This document shows, one piece after another, positions 22,844 to 33,198 of a DNA stretch of 64,000 bases. The position numbers and the translations under genes are program-made. Under the pieces are notes generated by a model. It was given only the letters and a program-made list of their open reading frames with translations. It ran no database searches and had not been told where the DNA came from. Positions within the stretch are counted from its first letter, which is position 1. Each line of letters begins with the position of its first letter. Where the stretch lies: assembly GCA_947085565.1 (NCBI GenBank), contig CAMTWZ010000006.1:66207-130206 (forward strand), written 5' to 3'. The DNA is from an uncultured Bacteroidota bacterium (GTDB lineage: Bacteria > Bacteroidota > Rhodothermia > Balneolales > HLUCCA01).

Positions 22844-25372
22844 ATGGAGTCAAAAACCATGAAGAACACCTACAAAGCAGTGCTAGTGGCACTGATAACC
22901 CTCGTGATGGCTTGGCCGGCCACCACGCAGGCGCAAGGGGATACCCTTGTTGTCGAATGGCTAAGGAACGACAATCTCGTCCCGAACGCGCTGTATCAGG
23001 CCATCGTGTCTGACACCGTAGTAGGCGGAGGTCGCAAAAACCTGAACCGTGTGTACAAACTGCGTCAAGGCGGTTTCTACTACGTAAGCGAGCGCATCGA
23101 GAACAATGGCTGGCACCTGCGCATAGTGGGTGAGGCTGGCGATCCTACCGATGCGTTCAAGAACCCACCTATGCTTCAATTGGAACATCGTTCGGATGCA
23201 TCCCGCACAGACAAGATTTTCTTGGCGGGTGGTGACGTGACCTTGAAAAACCTCATCATCAACGGAAAAACCACAAACGGCGATTTGCCCTACGAAATCG
23301 TGCGTTTTGATGCTCCGAATGCGAGAATCGTGATCGACAATGTGATTTGGGAATATGCCGGATGGGGTATCTTCTCCGTCTATGGCCGTAACTCGGATCT
23401 GTTTGTTACCAACTCAACCTTCCGGAATCTGATTTCGCATGATCAACCCTGGGGAGGACGCGGATTCTCCATTTGGACGGATGTGGATACCGTATTTGTG
23501 GAAAACAACAACTTTCTGAATATCGGTGGCTTCGGACTTCAGATCGAAGGTGGAACGGCCAATTTCTTCTGGTTCAACCACAACACATCGGTCAACAATG
23601 GCCGCCAAGTGGTTTTGTATTCATGGCACCGCAATTCCTACATCGCCAACAACCTGATCATGAACGGGTATTGGCATGGCGACGACAAGACCAATTTCGA
23701 CGCGATCCGCACGAACACTCCCGACCTTCAATTCACCGGGATGTTCAACATCGAGCCGATTCCATCGCGTTACGGATTGGATTTGGCCCGCAAAATCGTG
23801 TTCACGAACAATGCTTCGTTCCGTGAGCAGATTTTCGAGACCTATTACACGACGAACAACCCCGCGAACGCGGCTTTCCAATTCGAAACCGGCACACCAC
23901 TTCGTGCGCAACCGGTGTTCAACCTGCGTACCACCAACTTCATCAACCAATATGGTGGAATGGTGAACGAGAATCTGATTGAAGGCATCAATCCAGGATT
24001 CACCTTGATTCCGAACAATCAACAGCAGATGATTAATTTCATCAACTCGGTTCGTCGCGGTTCCGCGCCTCATCCGCTGTGGTACTGGGATCCGGGTCGT
24101 GACAACGACAACCTGTCGATCCAATGGCCGCTACCGGAAAAACTCACCTACAGCAATGCGACTCTGCGTACTGCGGCAATGGGTGGATTTCCGTTGGGGA
24201 ACTTGAACAACTACCCGGTGCAAAAAGCCGCTTGGATGAGTCAGCGTCAGGCGATTGCCGCTCAGATCGTCGCCAAAGGCGGCGGTGAAGTGGTCACGAC
24301 GTTGGTCGGAATGGCCGAAGCAGAAAAAGGCACGAAAGCCGGTGCTGCCGCTGAAGTGATCATGCCGAACCTCTACGCAGTACGTGTTGCAGGTTCTGGA
24401 GCTCCATCATGGACGTTCGACATGGAGGCAGGCGGAGTTTATGACGTCGTTGTGAAACACCGTACCTGGTATGGCGACAACAACCCGAACCGCCAAACCG
24501 ACCTGGTCGTCAACGGAGGCCCATCCCGCGCGTTCACCCTTGGCATGGCTATCGACGGTGCGACCCTTCCTTGGGCTGAGCCTACCATTGCAGATGTGAC
24601 TCTGAACGCAGGTTCTAACACCCTTACACTCGCACGCAGCTGGGGTTTCATGGAGTATCAGACGGTTACCATCAAAACGAAAGCGGGAGTAGTGGTCAGA
24701 ACCTTGTACGCATCGCGCACGACTTCAGCCGTCGGTACCGAATTGGTCTGCCCGACCACCGGCGTGGGTCCTTGCGCCAGTGAAGATGCCTACCTGAACG
24801 TTACCAACGGTGGTGTGACCGTGGGAATCAACGCCCCACGCAATGGCAACTACATCCTCAAGCTCAACTACATCCTCACTGCCGGTACAGCGTCTGCTGA
24901 TGTGTTTGTGAACGGTGTGTTGAACTCGAACGTCTCCTTCACAGGCGACGCAGGCACTTTCCGCGAAGTGTTTGTCTCGGGTTTGAACCTTTCATCCGGT
25001 AACAACACCTTCGAACTGCGCAATGTGGTGGGTACGTTGGGTGTGGATCGTTTCGACCTGTTCGAAGTGACCATGGCAACCTCCATCGGCGATCGCAATG
25101 AACTGCCTGAAGGTTTCGCACTGTCGCAAAACTATCCGAATCCGTTCAACCCATCCACCTCGATCAACTTCACGCTTCCGATGAACGCCGACGTACGCCT
25201 CATCGTGTACAACGTTCTGGGTCAGCGTGTGGCTGTCTTGGCTGATGGAATGTTTGCCGCCGGTACGCATGTGGTACGCTTCGATGCCACCGCATTGTCG
25301 TCTGGCACCTATCTTTTCCGTCTGGAAACCGGCAAACACTCCGCCACCCGGAAAATGACTTTGCTCAAGTGA
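22844..25372 (+). CDS. T9SS-secreted parallel beta-helix-like protein with C-terminal carbohydrate-binding-like module
   Basis: Signal peptide, repeated N-rich turns (NLIINGKT, FRNLISHD, ENNNFLNIGG, NHNTSVNNG), and a [17 protein letters not shown]...MTLLK. It starts 19 nt downstream of the receptor. Confidence 0.65.
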   Translation: MESKTMKNTYKAVLVALITLVMAWPATTQAQGDTLVVEWLRNDNLVPNALYQAIVSDTVVGGGRKNLNRVYKLRQGGFYYVSERIENNGWHLRIVGEAGDPTDAFKNPPMLQLEHRSDASRTDKIFLAGGDVTLKNLIINGKTTNGDLPYEIVRFDAPNARIVIDNVIWEYAGWGIFSVYGRNSDLFVTNSTFRNLISHDQPWGGRGFSIWTDVDTVFVENNNFLNIGGFGLQIEGGTANFFWFNHNTSVNNGRQVVLYSWHRNSYIANNLIMNGYWHGDDKTNFDAIRTNTPDLQFTGMFNIEPIPSRYGLDLARKIVFTNNASFREQIFETYYTTNNPANAAFQFETGTPLRAQPVFNLRTTNFINQYGGMVNENLIEGINPGFTLIPNNQQQMINFINSVRRGSAPHPLWYWDPGRDNDNLSIQWPLPEKLTYSNATLRTAAMGGFPLGNLNNYPVQKAAWMSQRQAIAAQIVAKGGGEVVTTLVGMAEAEKGTKAGAAAEVIMPNLYAVRVAGSGAPSWTFDMEAGGVYDVVVKHRTWYGDNNPNRQTDLVVNGGPSRAFTLGMAIDGATLPWAEPTIADVTLNAGSNTLTLARSWGFMEYQTVTIKTKAGVVVRTLYASRTTSAVGTELVCPTTGVGPCASEDAYLNVTNGGVTVGINAPRNGNYILKLNYILTAGTASADVFVNGVLNSNVSFTGDAGTFREVFVSGLNLSSGNNTFELRNVVGTLGVDRFDLFEVTMATSIGDRNELPEGFALSQNYPNPFNPSTSINFTLPMNADVRLIVYNVLGQRVAVLADGMFAAGTHVVRFDATALSSGTYLFRLETGKHSATRKMTLLK

Positions 25373-25396
25373 CGAGTCGACGTTAGGTACGTCAAC

Positions 25397-25434
25397 GCGG
25401 GGAGGGGACGAACTCACCCTTCCCGCTTTTTTTT
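25397..25434 (+). terminator. rho-independent terminator
   Basis: Stem gcggggaggg / cccttcccgc, followed by T8. Confidence 0.7.
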
Positions 25435-25457
25435 CATCGATTATTCTGTAAGACCGT

Positions 25458-27302
25458 ATGAAGCTGCACTTGGTCGATATCCTGATCATCATCGTATATC
25501 TCGTTTCGATCACCGTGATCGGACTGGTCCTTAAAAAAAGGGCCCACAGCAGCAAAAACGCCTATATGCTCGGGGGCAACAAGCTTCCTTGGTACATGTT
25601 GGGCCTTTCTAACGCCTCAGGCATGTTCGATATCTCCGGAACGATGTGGCTGGTGACATTGGCCTTCGTGTATGGACTCAAAAGCATCTGGATCCCTTGG
25701 CTCTGGCCCATTTTCAACCAGGTGTTTCTCATGGTTTTCCTTTCGGCCTGGTTGCGCCGATCCAATGTCTCGACTGGCGCGGAATGGATTCAAACCCGTT
25801 TCGGTACAGATCGTGGCAGCAAACTTTCCCACTCCGTGATGGTGGTCTTCGCCCTGATCGTATGCCTCGGGTTTCTCGCATACGGGTTCATCGGCTTAGG
25901 CAAATTCATGCAGATCTTCATCCCTTGGGAAGCCGTCTCGGCGTATGTCCCCTTTGAAGTGTCGGAAGCCTACGTGCCGCATATCTACGGCATTGTTTTC
26001 ACTCTCTTCGCCGTCTTCTACTCGATTATGGGCGGAATGTCGAGCATCGTTTGGGCGGATGTGTTGCAATACATCATCATGACCGTCTCTTCGCTGGTCA
26101 TCGCCTATATCGCCATGATGGCGCTTACCACGCAAACCTTGGTGGTGCCGGATGGTTGGATGAACCCCGGTTTCGGTTGGACCCTGAACATGGACTGGTC
26201 CAACATCATCCCTGAAGTGAACGACAAGATCTCCAGCGACGGCTACGAGCTGTTCACCATCTTTTTCATGATGATGCTATTCAAAGGGTTGCTGGTGAGC
26301 ATGGCGGGTCCGGCGCCAAACTACGACATGCAGAAGATTTTGTCGACGAAAAGTCCATCAGAAGCGGCCAAAATGAGCGGTTTCGTCTCCGTCGTGCTGA
26401 TGCCGGTCCGTTATCTGATGATCGCCGGGTTCACGGTTCTCGGATTGCTTTATTACGACCAACTCAATCTTCTGGTGGCCGGCCGCATCGATTTCGAGCA
26501 AGTGCTTCCATCCGCCATCAACGAATTCGTTCCGGTCGGATTGCTCGGATTATTGCTCGCCGGACTCCTCGCCGCGTTCATCTCCACCTTCGCGGGTACT
26601 CTGAACGCCGCCCAAGCCTATCTGGTGAACGACATCTACCTGAAGTATGTGAAGCCGGAAGCGACCAACAAAGAGATCAGCACCATGAATTACGGTTCCG
26701 GTATTCTTGTAGTAATCACCAGCATCATCTTCGGCATTTTCGCGATGGATGTGAACAGCATCCTGCAATGGATCGTCTCCGCGCTCTACGGCAGCTACGT
26801 GGTGTCGAACATCCTCAAGTGGTATTGGTGGCGGCTCAACGGTTCCGGATTCTTCTGGGGCATGGTGGGTGGCATCGTGCCCGCGCTGATCCTTCCTTCG
26901 TTCTTCGTGGGCACTTTGGATTTGTACTACTTCCCGATCATCCTGCTTCTTTCGCTGGCGGGTGGAATCATCGGAACCTACATGGCTCCACCTACGGACA
27001 TCCAAACGCTGAAGAAATTCTACAAAACCGTGCGTCCTTGGGGGTTCTGGGGTCCGGTCAGGGAATTGGTTCTTACTGAAGATTCTGGTTTCAAAGACAA
27101 ATCCACCTTCAAAAAAGACATGTGGAATGTGGCCATCGGTGTGATCGTTCAGACCGGACTGGTCGCCTTTCCAATATATCTGGTTCTGATGGAGCCTGTA
27201 GGCATCGCCGTCACTGGCACGGTAATCGCCTTCTTCGGTTATCTGCTGAAACGCTCCTGGTGGGACCGACTCCACGAATTGGATGAACCCCAAAACGCCT
27301 AA
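25458..27302 (+). CDS. sodium:solute symporter family transporter (probable mannobiose/manno-oligosaccharide importer)
   Basis: About 14 predicted TM segments with an SSS-like N-terminus ([10 protein letters not shown]). The substrate is inferred only from operon context. Confidence 0.8.
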   Translation: MKLHLVDILIIIVYLVSITVIGLVLKKRAHSSKNAYMLGGNKLPWYMLGLSNASGMFDISGTMWLVTLAFVYGLKSIWIPWLWPIFNQVFLMVFLSAWLRRSNVSTGAEWIQTRFGTDRGSKLSHSVMVVFALIVCLGFLAYGFIGLGKFMQIFIPWEAVSAYVPFEVSEAYVPHIYGIVFTLFAVFYSIMGGMSSIVWADVLQYIIMTVSSLVIAYIAMMALTTQTLVVPDGWMNPGFGWTLNMDWSNIIPEVNDKISSDGYELFTIFFMMMLFKGLLVSMAGPAPNYDMQKILSTKSPSEAAKMSGFVSVVLMPVRYLMIAGFTVLGLLYYDQLNLLVAGRIDFEQVLPSAINEFVPVGLLGLLLAGLLAAFISTFAGTLNAAQAYLVNDIYLKYVKPEATNKEISTMNYGSGILVVITSIIFGIFAMDVNSILQWIVSALYGSYVVSNILKWYWWRLNGSGFFWGMVGGIVPALILPSFFVGTLDLYYFPIILLLSLAGGIIGTYMAPPTDIQTLKKFYKTVRPWGFWGPVRELVLTEDSGFKDKSTFKKDMWNVAIGVIVQTGLVAFPIYLVLMEPVGIAVTGTVIAFFGYLLKRSWWDRLHELDEPQNA

Positions 27303-27322
27303 CCTTATCTACCTCATCTGCT

Positions 27323-28504
27323 ATGTCTACGTTTTCTGAGAGATTGACCTTGCTCGAAGCCCAATACAAGGCGATTGTCTCACGCAAGAACTTGCCTGTC
27401 GCCGAATGCAACGGCATTTATCAACGTTATGAGCATCCGGTCTTGACCGCCGCGCATGTGCCCGTGTTCTGGAGATACGATCTGAACCCGGCTACCAATC
27501 CCTTGATGTTGGAGCGCCTCGGGATTAACGCGGTGTTCAATCCCGGTGCCATGAAATGGAAAGGGAAGTATCTGTTGATGACCCGAACCGAAGGACTCGA
27601 CCGCAAGAGTTTCTTCGCGATTGCCGAGAGCCCGAATGGGATCGACAACTTCACCTTTTGGGATTATCCCGTCCAGCTTCCGGAAACCGACGAGCCCGAC
27701 ACCAACGTCTATGACATGCGGCTGACCCATCACGAAGACGGGTGGATTTACGGCGTGTTTTGCACCGAGCGCAAAGATCCCAATGCGCCGAAGGGCGATT
27801 TGTCGAGCGCGGTGGCTCAGGCCGGCATCGTTCGAACGAAAGATCTTCTGAACTGGGAACGGCTCCCCGACCTGAAAACCCCATCCGCACAACAGCGGAA
27901 TGTGGTGCTGCATCCGGAGTTCGTTAACGGCAAGTATGCGTTTTACACGCGTCCGCAAGACGGATTCATTGATACCGGTTCCGGTGGCGGCATCGGATGG
28001 GGCCTGTGCGATGACATCACGAATGCCGTCATCCCTTCCGAAACCATCATCGACACCCGTGTTTATCACACCATCAAGGAAGTGAAGAACGGACAGGGTC
28101 CGCATCCGATCAAAACACCTGAAGGATGGCTGCACCTGGCTCACGGAGTGCGGAACACCGCCGCTGGACTGCGTTATGTCATTTACATGTTCATGACCTC
28201 GGTGGAAGATCCATCCAAACTCATTCACGCTCCGGCGGGACATCTCATCGCCCCGGATGGGGAGGAAAGAGTGGGCGATGTGTCGAACGTGACCTTCACC
28301 AATGGATGGATCAAAGACGACGACGGCACCGTGTTCATGTATTACGCCTCGTCGGATACCCGCTGCCATGTGGCGGTCTCGAGTGTGGATCGATTGATTG
28401 ATTATTGCAAGAACACCCCACCCGACACGCTCCGCTCGGCAGGGTCTGTGGCTCAAAGAACTGAATTGATCCGCCGAAATCTTGAACTCATGAAGAAAGG
28501 ATAA
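27323..28504 (+). CDS. GH130 4-O-beta-D-mannosyl-D-glucose phosphorylase
   Basis: Collinear along its full length with my recollection of the Bacteroides fragilis enzyme ([18 protein letters not shown], [15 protein letters not shown], [17 protein letters not shown], [26 protein letters not shown]). Confidence 0.9.
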   Translation: MSTFSERLTLLEAQYKAIVSRKNLPVAECNGIYQRYEHPVLTAAHVPVFWRYDLNPATNPLMLERLGINAVFNPGAMKWKGKYLLMTRTEGLDRKSFFAIAESPNGIDNFTFWDYPVQLPETDEPDTNVYDMRLTHHEDGWIYGVFCTERKDPNAPKGDLSSAVAQAGIVRTKDLLNWERLPDLKTPSAQQRNVVLHPEFVNGKYAFYTRPQDGFIDTGSGGGIGWGLCDDITNAVIPSETIIDTRVYHTIKEVKNGQGPHPIKTPEGWLHLAHGVRNTAAGLRYVIYMFMTSVEDPSKLIHAPAGHLIAPDGEERVGDVSNVTFTNGWIKDDDGTVFMYYASSDTRCHVAVSSVDRLIDYCKNTPPDTLRSAGSVAQRTELIRRNLELMKKG

Positions 28505-28508
28505 CGAC

Positions 28509-29714
28509 ATGAGCATGGAAATGGAACTTCGTTCCGAGTTGGAAGATCGAATTCTGCCTTATTGGTCGTCGAAAACCTTGGATGAAACCCATGGCGGATT
28601 CATCGGCCGGATCGATGGCGAAAACCGGGTGATTCCGAACGCGCAGAAATCTGTCATCCTCAACACTCGGATCCTATGGACCTATTCCGCCGCATATCGG
28701 GTGTTGAACCAACCTGAGCTCAAAGACCTGGCCGATCGCGCCCAAAAATTCATCATCGACCATTTTTGGGATGTCCGCCATGGCGGTGTTTATTGGATGT
28801 TGGATCATCGAAGCGGTGTGTTTTCCTCGAAAAAACACGCTTATGCGCAAGCATTCGCCATTTACGGGTTCAGCGAGCACTATCGCGCCTCCGGAAATGC
28901 CGATTCTCTGACCAAGGCCATCGAACTGTTCCACCTGATGGAAACCCACAGTTTTTCGCAGAAAACCCAAGGCTATTACGAAGCTTTCGATGTGGAATGG
29001 AATCCTTTGGATGATGTCCGACTCGGTAGCAGCGACGCCTACGAGAAACGCAGCACCAACACCCACCTGCATATTCTCGAAGCCTACACGAATCTGTATC
29101 GGATTTGGCCTGATGAAACCCTTCGCAAGCAGCTCACCCTGTTGCTTGAATTATTCTTAGGACCGATCTACGATGCGAAAAACCATCATTTCATCGCCTT
29201 TTTTGGTGAAGACTGGTCGCCGAAATCCGAAGTGTACTCCTACGGTCACGATATAGAGACCACTTGGCTGATGCACGATGCCGCCGAAGTCCTCGCCGAC
29301 CCCGAACTGGTGTATCGCACCCGCCAAGTGATTCGCGATGTGTCCGCTTTCGTTCTGCGTGAGGGCATGGATTCAGAATTGGGCGGCTTGTGCAATTTCG
29401 GGAAAAATGGACGGGTTTTCGATTCAGACAAGCATTGGTGGGCCCAAGCCGAAGCCATGATCGGATTTTTGAACATGTATCAGATTTCGAATGAAGAGGC
29501 GTATCTGACCGCCGCCAACGACATCTGGGCGTTCACCAAAGAGAACATTCTGGATCATGAGCATGGGGAATGGTTTTTCCGTGTGACCCGCAACGGCCAG
29601 CCTTACGCCCATGAAGACAAGATCGGCCCGTGGAAGTGCCCATATCATACCGTCAGAGCCTGTTTGGAAGTGATCGAGCGCACCCAATTGGTATCCGATA
29701 CCCAATCAAAATAA
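28509..29714 (+). CDS. cellobiose/mannobiose 2-epimerase (N-acylglucosamine 2-epimerase superfamily)
   Basis: AGE-fold blocks (ILPYWS, HGGF, NTHLHILEAY, YGHDIETTWL, WWAQAEA, GPWKCPYH), positioned directly after GH130. Confidence 0.85.
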   Translation: MSMEMELRSELEDRILPYWSSKTLDETHGGFIGRIDGENRVIPNAQKSVILNTRILWTYSAAYRVLNQPELKDLADRAQKFIIDHFWDVRHGGVYWMLDHRSGVFSSKKHAYAQAFAIYGFSEHYRASGNADSLTKAIELFHLMETHSFSQKTQGYYEAFDVEWNPLDDVRLGSSDAYEKRSTNTHLHILEAYTNLYRIWPDETLRKQLTLLLELFLGPIYDAKNHHFIAFFGEDWSPKSEVYSYGHDIETTWLMHDAAEVLADPELVYRTRQVIRDVSAFVLREGMDSELGGLCNFGKNGRVFDSDKHWWAQAEAMIGFLNMYQISNEEAYLTAANDIWAFTKENILDHEHGEWFFRVTRNGQPYAHEDKIGPWKCPYHTVRACLEVIERTQLVSDTQSK

Positions 29715-29727
29715 TCCCTTTCAGCCC

Positions 29728-30897
29728 ATGAAATCCGCACTCACTCTCGCTTTTCTGTCCTTTGCATTGCTGTCCTGCTCTGCGCCAACATCCGAAATCC
29801 GGCTTGCGGACGAGAACGCAACCGAGTTCACCAAAGTGTTCTACTCGAATCTGCTGCAACTCCAGGGAAAAGGCCTAATGTTCGGTCACCAAGCCACATT
29901 GGAATATGGATATCGGTGGACCCAAGCCGATCTGGCGCCCGGTGAGCTCCGATCCGATGTGAAAGACGTGACCGGATCCTTCCCTTCGGTTTATGGATTC
30001 GCCGTGAATGCGGTCGTGAACCCGAATTGGAACGATTCGATGCGCTACGCCGCTCAACAGCGTCAGTTGGCGTGGGATAAGGGAATCCATCGGCGCGGAG
30101 GAGTGATTACTTACGAATGGCATATGCCGCATCCGGCAGGTGGAGGGTCGTTCTATGATACCACCGCTGTGGTGCACCGCATCATTCCCGGCGGAGATTT
30201 GCATCATGTGTTGAAGCGGAATCTGGATCATGCCGCCGAATACTTCAAAATGCTGGAAGCCGAGCGGATTCCCATACTCTTCCGTCCTTGGCATGAGCAT
30301 AACGGAGATTGGTTCTGGTGGTGCAAAGGCTCGACATCCGAACAGGATTTCATCGCACTTTGGCGCTTCACGGTCGATTATCTGAAGAATGAAAAAGGCG
30401 TTAACAACCTGATTTACGCCTATTCGCCCGATCGTAGCCGCATCGACATCGACGATTTCAAGACGGGTTATTTCTGGGGATATCCCGGTGATGATTATGT
30501 GGACCTGATCGGGATCGACAATTATTGGGATCTGGGTCACCCGGCCAATACCACGCCTGCGGATGAGCAATTCGTGAATCTGAAACGCACCTTGGAATAC
30601 ACGGTAGCTATCGGCGATTCGCTGGGCAAGGTCTCCGCATTGACCGAAACCGGTTTGGAAGCCATTCCCAACCCACGTTGGTGGACCGACATCATGCTCT
30701 CAGCCATCTTGAGCAGCGACACCACCAAGCGCATTTCCTACTTCTTGGTCTGGCGAAACGCCAACTTCGAACGTGAGAAACGCGACCATTTCTATGCTCC
30801 TTATCCGGGTCAGTTGAGCGCAGATAATTTCGTGGAATTCAAAAATCATCCATTCGTCCTGTTCGAAGACGAGTTGCCAACCTTGTATGATCGTTAA
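29728..30897 (+). CDS. GH26 beta-mannanase (lipoprotein)
   Basis: Lipobox LLSC, FRPWHEHNGDWFWW, and the nucleophile region SALTETG. Confidence 0.9.
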   Translation: MKSALTLAFLSFALLSCSAPTSEIRLADENATEFTKVFYSNLLQLQGKGLMFGHQATLEYGYRWTQADLAPGELRSDVKDVTGSFPSVYGFAVNAVVNPNWNDSMRYAAQQRQLAWDKGIHRRGGVITYEWHMPHPAGGGSFYDTTAVVHRIIPGGDLHHVLKRNLDHAAEYFKMLEAERIPILFRPWHEHNGDWFWWCKGSTSEQDFIALWRFTVDYLKNEKGVNNLIYAYSPDRSRIDIDDFKTGYFWGYPGDDYVDLIGIDNYWDLGHPANTTPADEQFVNLKRTLEYTVAIGDSLGKVSALTETGLEAIPNPRWWTDIMLSAILSSDTTKRISYFLVWRNANFEREKRDHFYAPYPGQLSADNFVEFKNHPFVLFEDELPTLYDR

Positions 30898-31921
30898 CCT
30901 GCTTCTGGTCGCCTTGACTCTGTTTCCGCCCACCGATAGCCGGATCCGGATCATGGGTCGGCACGAAGTGGTAACGGCCGATTCCGTTCGTTTCGCCGCA
31001 TCCGGCGTGGTGATATCGGTTCAATTCCGAGGAACATCCATCGCGGTCGACCTCCACGACGAATTCAGGGGAGGAAGCTCCTACAACTGGTTCTCGGTGG
31101 TGATTGATGGAAAAGAGCATTCCCGCTTCCGGACCGTTCCGGGACAGACCCGCTACCTGTTGGCTGAATCACTTCCGGCGGGTTCGCATCGCCTCGACCT
31201 GATCAAAGACACGGAAGGGCAGAACGGATGGAATGCCTTGACAGGGATTCATGCCGATGCTTTGGCCGAGCTGCCACCAGCCCCGGAACGAAAGATCGAA
31301 TTCATCGGCGATTCCATCACCTGCGGATTCGGGGTGGATGACAGCCTGATCGGATGCAAAGACGGCACCTGGTTCGATCAGCATCGCGCCTCGCAAGCGT
31401 TCGGTCCGCTTACCGCGCGCCGGTTCAACGCGCAATATATGCTCACCGGGTTTTCAGGAATGGGGATGTACAGGAATTGGAACACCCTCGCGCCGGTCGT
31501 ACCCCAACGCTACGATGGCATTTTCGCCGATTATGAAGAGAGCGCCAATTGGAACCACGCTTCGTATTCGCCTCATCTGATCATGGTGGCCGTGGGCACC
31601 AACGATTTTTCCGATGGCGACGGCGTTACGCCGCGAGCGGCGTTCGATCCCGAAGCGTACCTCTTGGCCTACTCAGGGTTTGTTGCCCGGCTTCGATCCA
31701 TCCACCCCCAAGCCAAAATCCTGCTCACCGCCTCTCCGACCATGAATCCGGAACGTCTCGCCCTGCAACTCTCCTTGCTGCGGCAGATTCCGGACGTCAC
31801 TGTGTACTCGTTCAAGAACCGCTACAACCAAGGGTGCAGCGGACATCCCAACGCCGCCGAGCAGCGCCAGATGTCCGATGAACTCATTCCCGTCATTTCC
31901 TCATTGATGTCCTGGCCATGA
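30887..31921 (+). CDS. SGNH/GDSL esterase, CE2-like (acetyl-mannan/xylan esterase)
   Basis: N-terminal jelly-roll-like half, then IEFIGDSITCGFG, GTNDF and SGHP blocks. It overlaps both neighbours (11 nt and ATGA). Confidence 0.75.
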   Translation: MIVNLLLVALTLFPPTDSRIRIMGRHEVVTADSVRFAASGVVISVQFRGTSIAVDLHDEFRGGSSYNWFSVVIDGKEHSRFRTVPGQTRYLLAESLPAGSHRLDLIKDTEGQNGWNALTGIHADALAELPPAPERKIEFIGDSITCGFGVDDSLIGCKDGTWFDQHRASQAFGPLTARRFNAQYMLTGFSGMGMYRNWNTLAPVVPQRYDGIFADYEESANWNHASYSPHLIMVAVGTNDFSDGDGVTPRAAFDPEAYLLAYSGFVARLRSIHPQAKILLTASPTMNPERLALQLSLLRQIPDVTVYSFKNRYNQGCSGHPNAAEQRQMSDELIPVISSLMSWP

Positions 31922-33198
31922 AACAACTCATTCTCCTCGCGCTGGTCGCGATTATCGCCTCGTGCGCATCACCCGCTAAAAAACATTTCGTGAAAGTGGA
32001 AGGCGCCCAGTTCACCCTTGCCGGAAAACCCTACTACTTCGTAGGGACCAACTTCTGGTACGGCGCCAATCTCGGCATGCCGGGCGAAGCGGGCGACCGT
32101 GACCGGCTGATCCGCGAACTCGATTTGCTCAAAGAGCTCGGTCTGACTAATCTCCGCGTCATGGCCGCTTCCGAAGGACCGTTTCATGCGAATGCGGTGA
32201 GTCCCACGTTCAAGCCCGCCAAAGATTCCGTTAATACAGACATGCTCGTGGGCTTGGATTTCCTCTTGGCCGAAATGGGTAAGCGCGACATGAAAGCCGT
32301 CATTTTCCTGAACAATTTCTGGGAATGGAGCGGTGGAATGAACCAATGGGGTGAGTGGTACGGCAACGGTCCTGGCACCAATCCGCAGGTGACTGGCGAT
32401 TGGGACACCTTCATCCGTCAATCCGCCAAATTCTATCCGAACGAAGCGGCGCAAGTCGCATGGCGCGAGTATCTGACCTTGGTGATCGGTCGCACGAACA
32501 GCATCACCGGCGAAAAATACATCGACGATCCGACGATCATGTCGTGGCAGCTGGCCAACGAGCCGCGCCCGGATTACGACGACACTGAGCCGTTCGTGCG
32601 GTGGATCCATGAGTCGGCCGGATTCATCAAAGCGTTGGCGCCGAAACAATTGGTTTCCACAGGAAACGAAGGTTCGCGTGGTTCCAACGACAATATGGAC
32701 CTGTTCGTGAAGGCGCATTCCTCGCCGAATGTCGATTACCTCACCTTCCACATGTGGGCTAAGAACTGGAGTTGGTATGATGCCTCCAATCCCGATTCGA
32801 CGATCGTCACGTCCATGGCCAATGCCGAGAAATACATCCGCGACCATGTCGAAATCGCCCGCCAGTTGAACAAACCCATCACCATGGAGGAATTCGGATT
32901 GGGACGTGATTTCGAGAACCACGATCCGGGCAACACCACCTCATACCGAGATCGCTACTTGAGTCATGTGTTCTCCCTTGTCGAGGAAAGCATGGGGTCG
33001 GGTTCGCCATTGGCGGGTACCAATTTCTGGGCTTGGGGCGGTTACGGCGTTGCCGCGCAGCCTGATTTCACATGGAAGCCGGGCGATCCGTTCATGGGCG
33101 ATCCGCCTCAGGAGCCTCAAGGTCTGAATTCCGTGTTCGCGAGCGACACATCCACCTTGGCCATCCTCAAAGCGCATGCGGCATTCCTTCGTCGTTAG
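31918..33198 (+). CDS. GH5 beta-mannanase (lipoprotein)
   Basis: Lipobox IASC, FVGTNFWYG, acid/base WQLANEPR, and nucleophile MEEFG. Confidence 0.8.
   Translation: MKQLILLALVAIIASCASPAKKHFVKVEGAQFTLAGKPYYFVGTNFWYGANLGMPGEAGDRDRLIRELDLLKELGLTNLRVMAASEGPFHANAVSPTFKPAKDSVNTDMLVGLDFLLAEMGKRDMKAVIFLNNFWEWSGGMNQWGEWYGNGPGTNPQVTGDWDTFIRQSAKFYPNEAAQVAWREYLTLVIGRTNSITGEKYIDDPTIMSWQLANEPRPDYDDTEPFVRWIHESAGFIKALAPKQLVSTGNEGSRGSNDNMDLFVKAHSSPNVDYLTFHMWAKNWSWYDASNPDSTIVTSMANAEKYIRDHVEIARQLNKPITMEEFGLGRDFENHDPGNTTSYRDRYLSHVFSLVEESMGSGSPLAGTNFWAWGGYGVAAQPDFTWKPGDPFMGDPPQEPQGLNSVFASDTSTLAILKAHAAFLRR

Noticed and set aside
19898-25372. Is the receptor plus downstream gene a SusC/SusD pair?
   Set aside because: The receptor lacks SusC-type features that I can recognise. 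The downstream protein is 842 aa with a T9SS CTD, not a ~500-aa TPR-like SusD lipoprotein.
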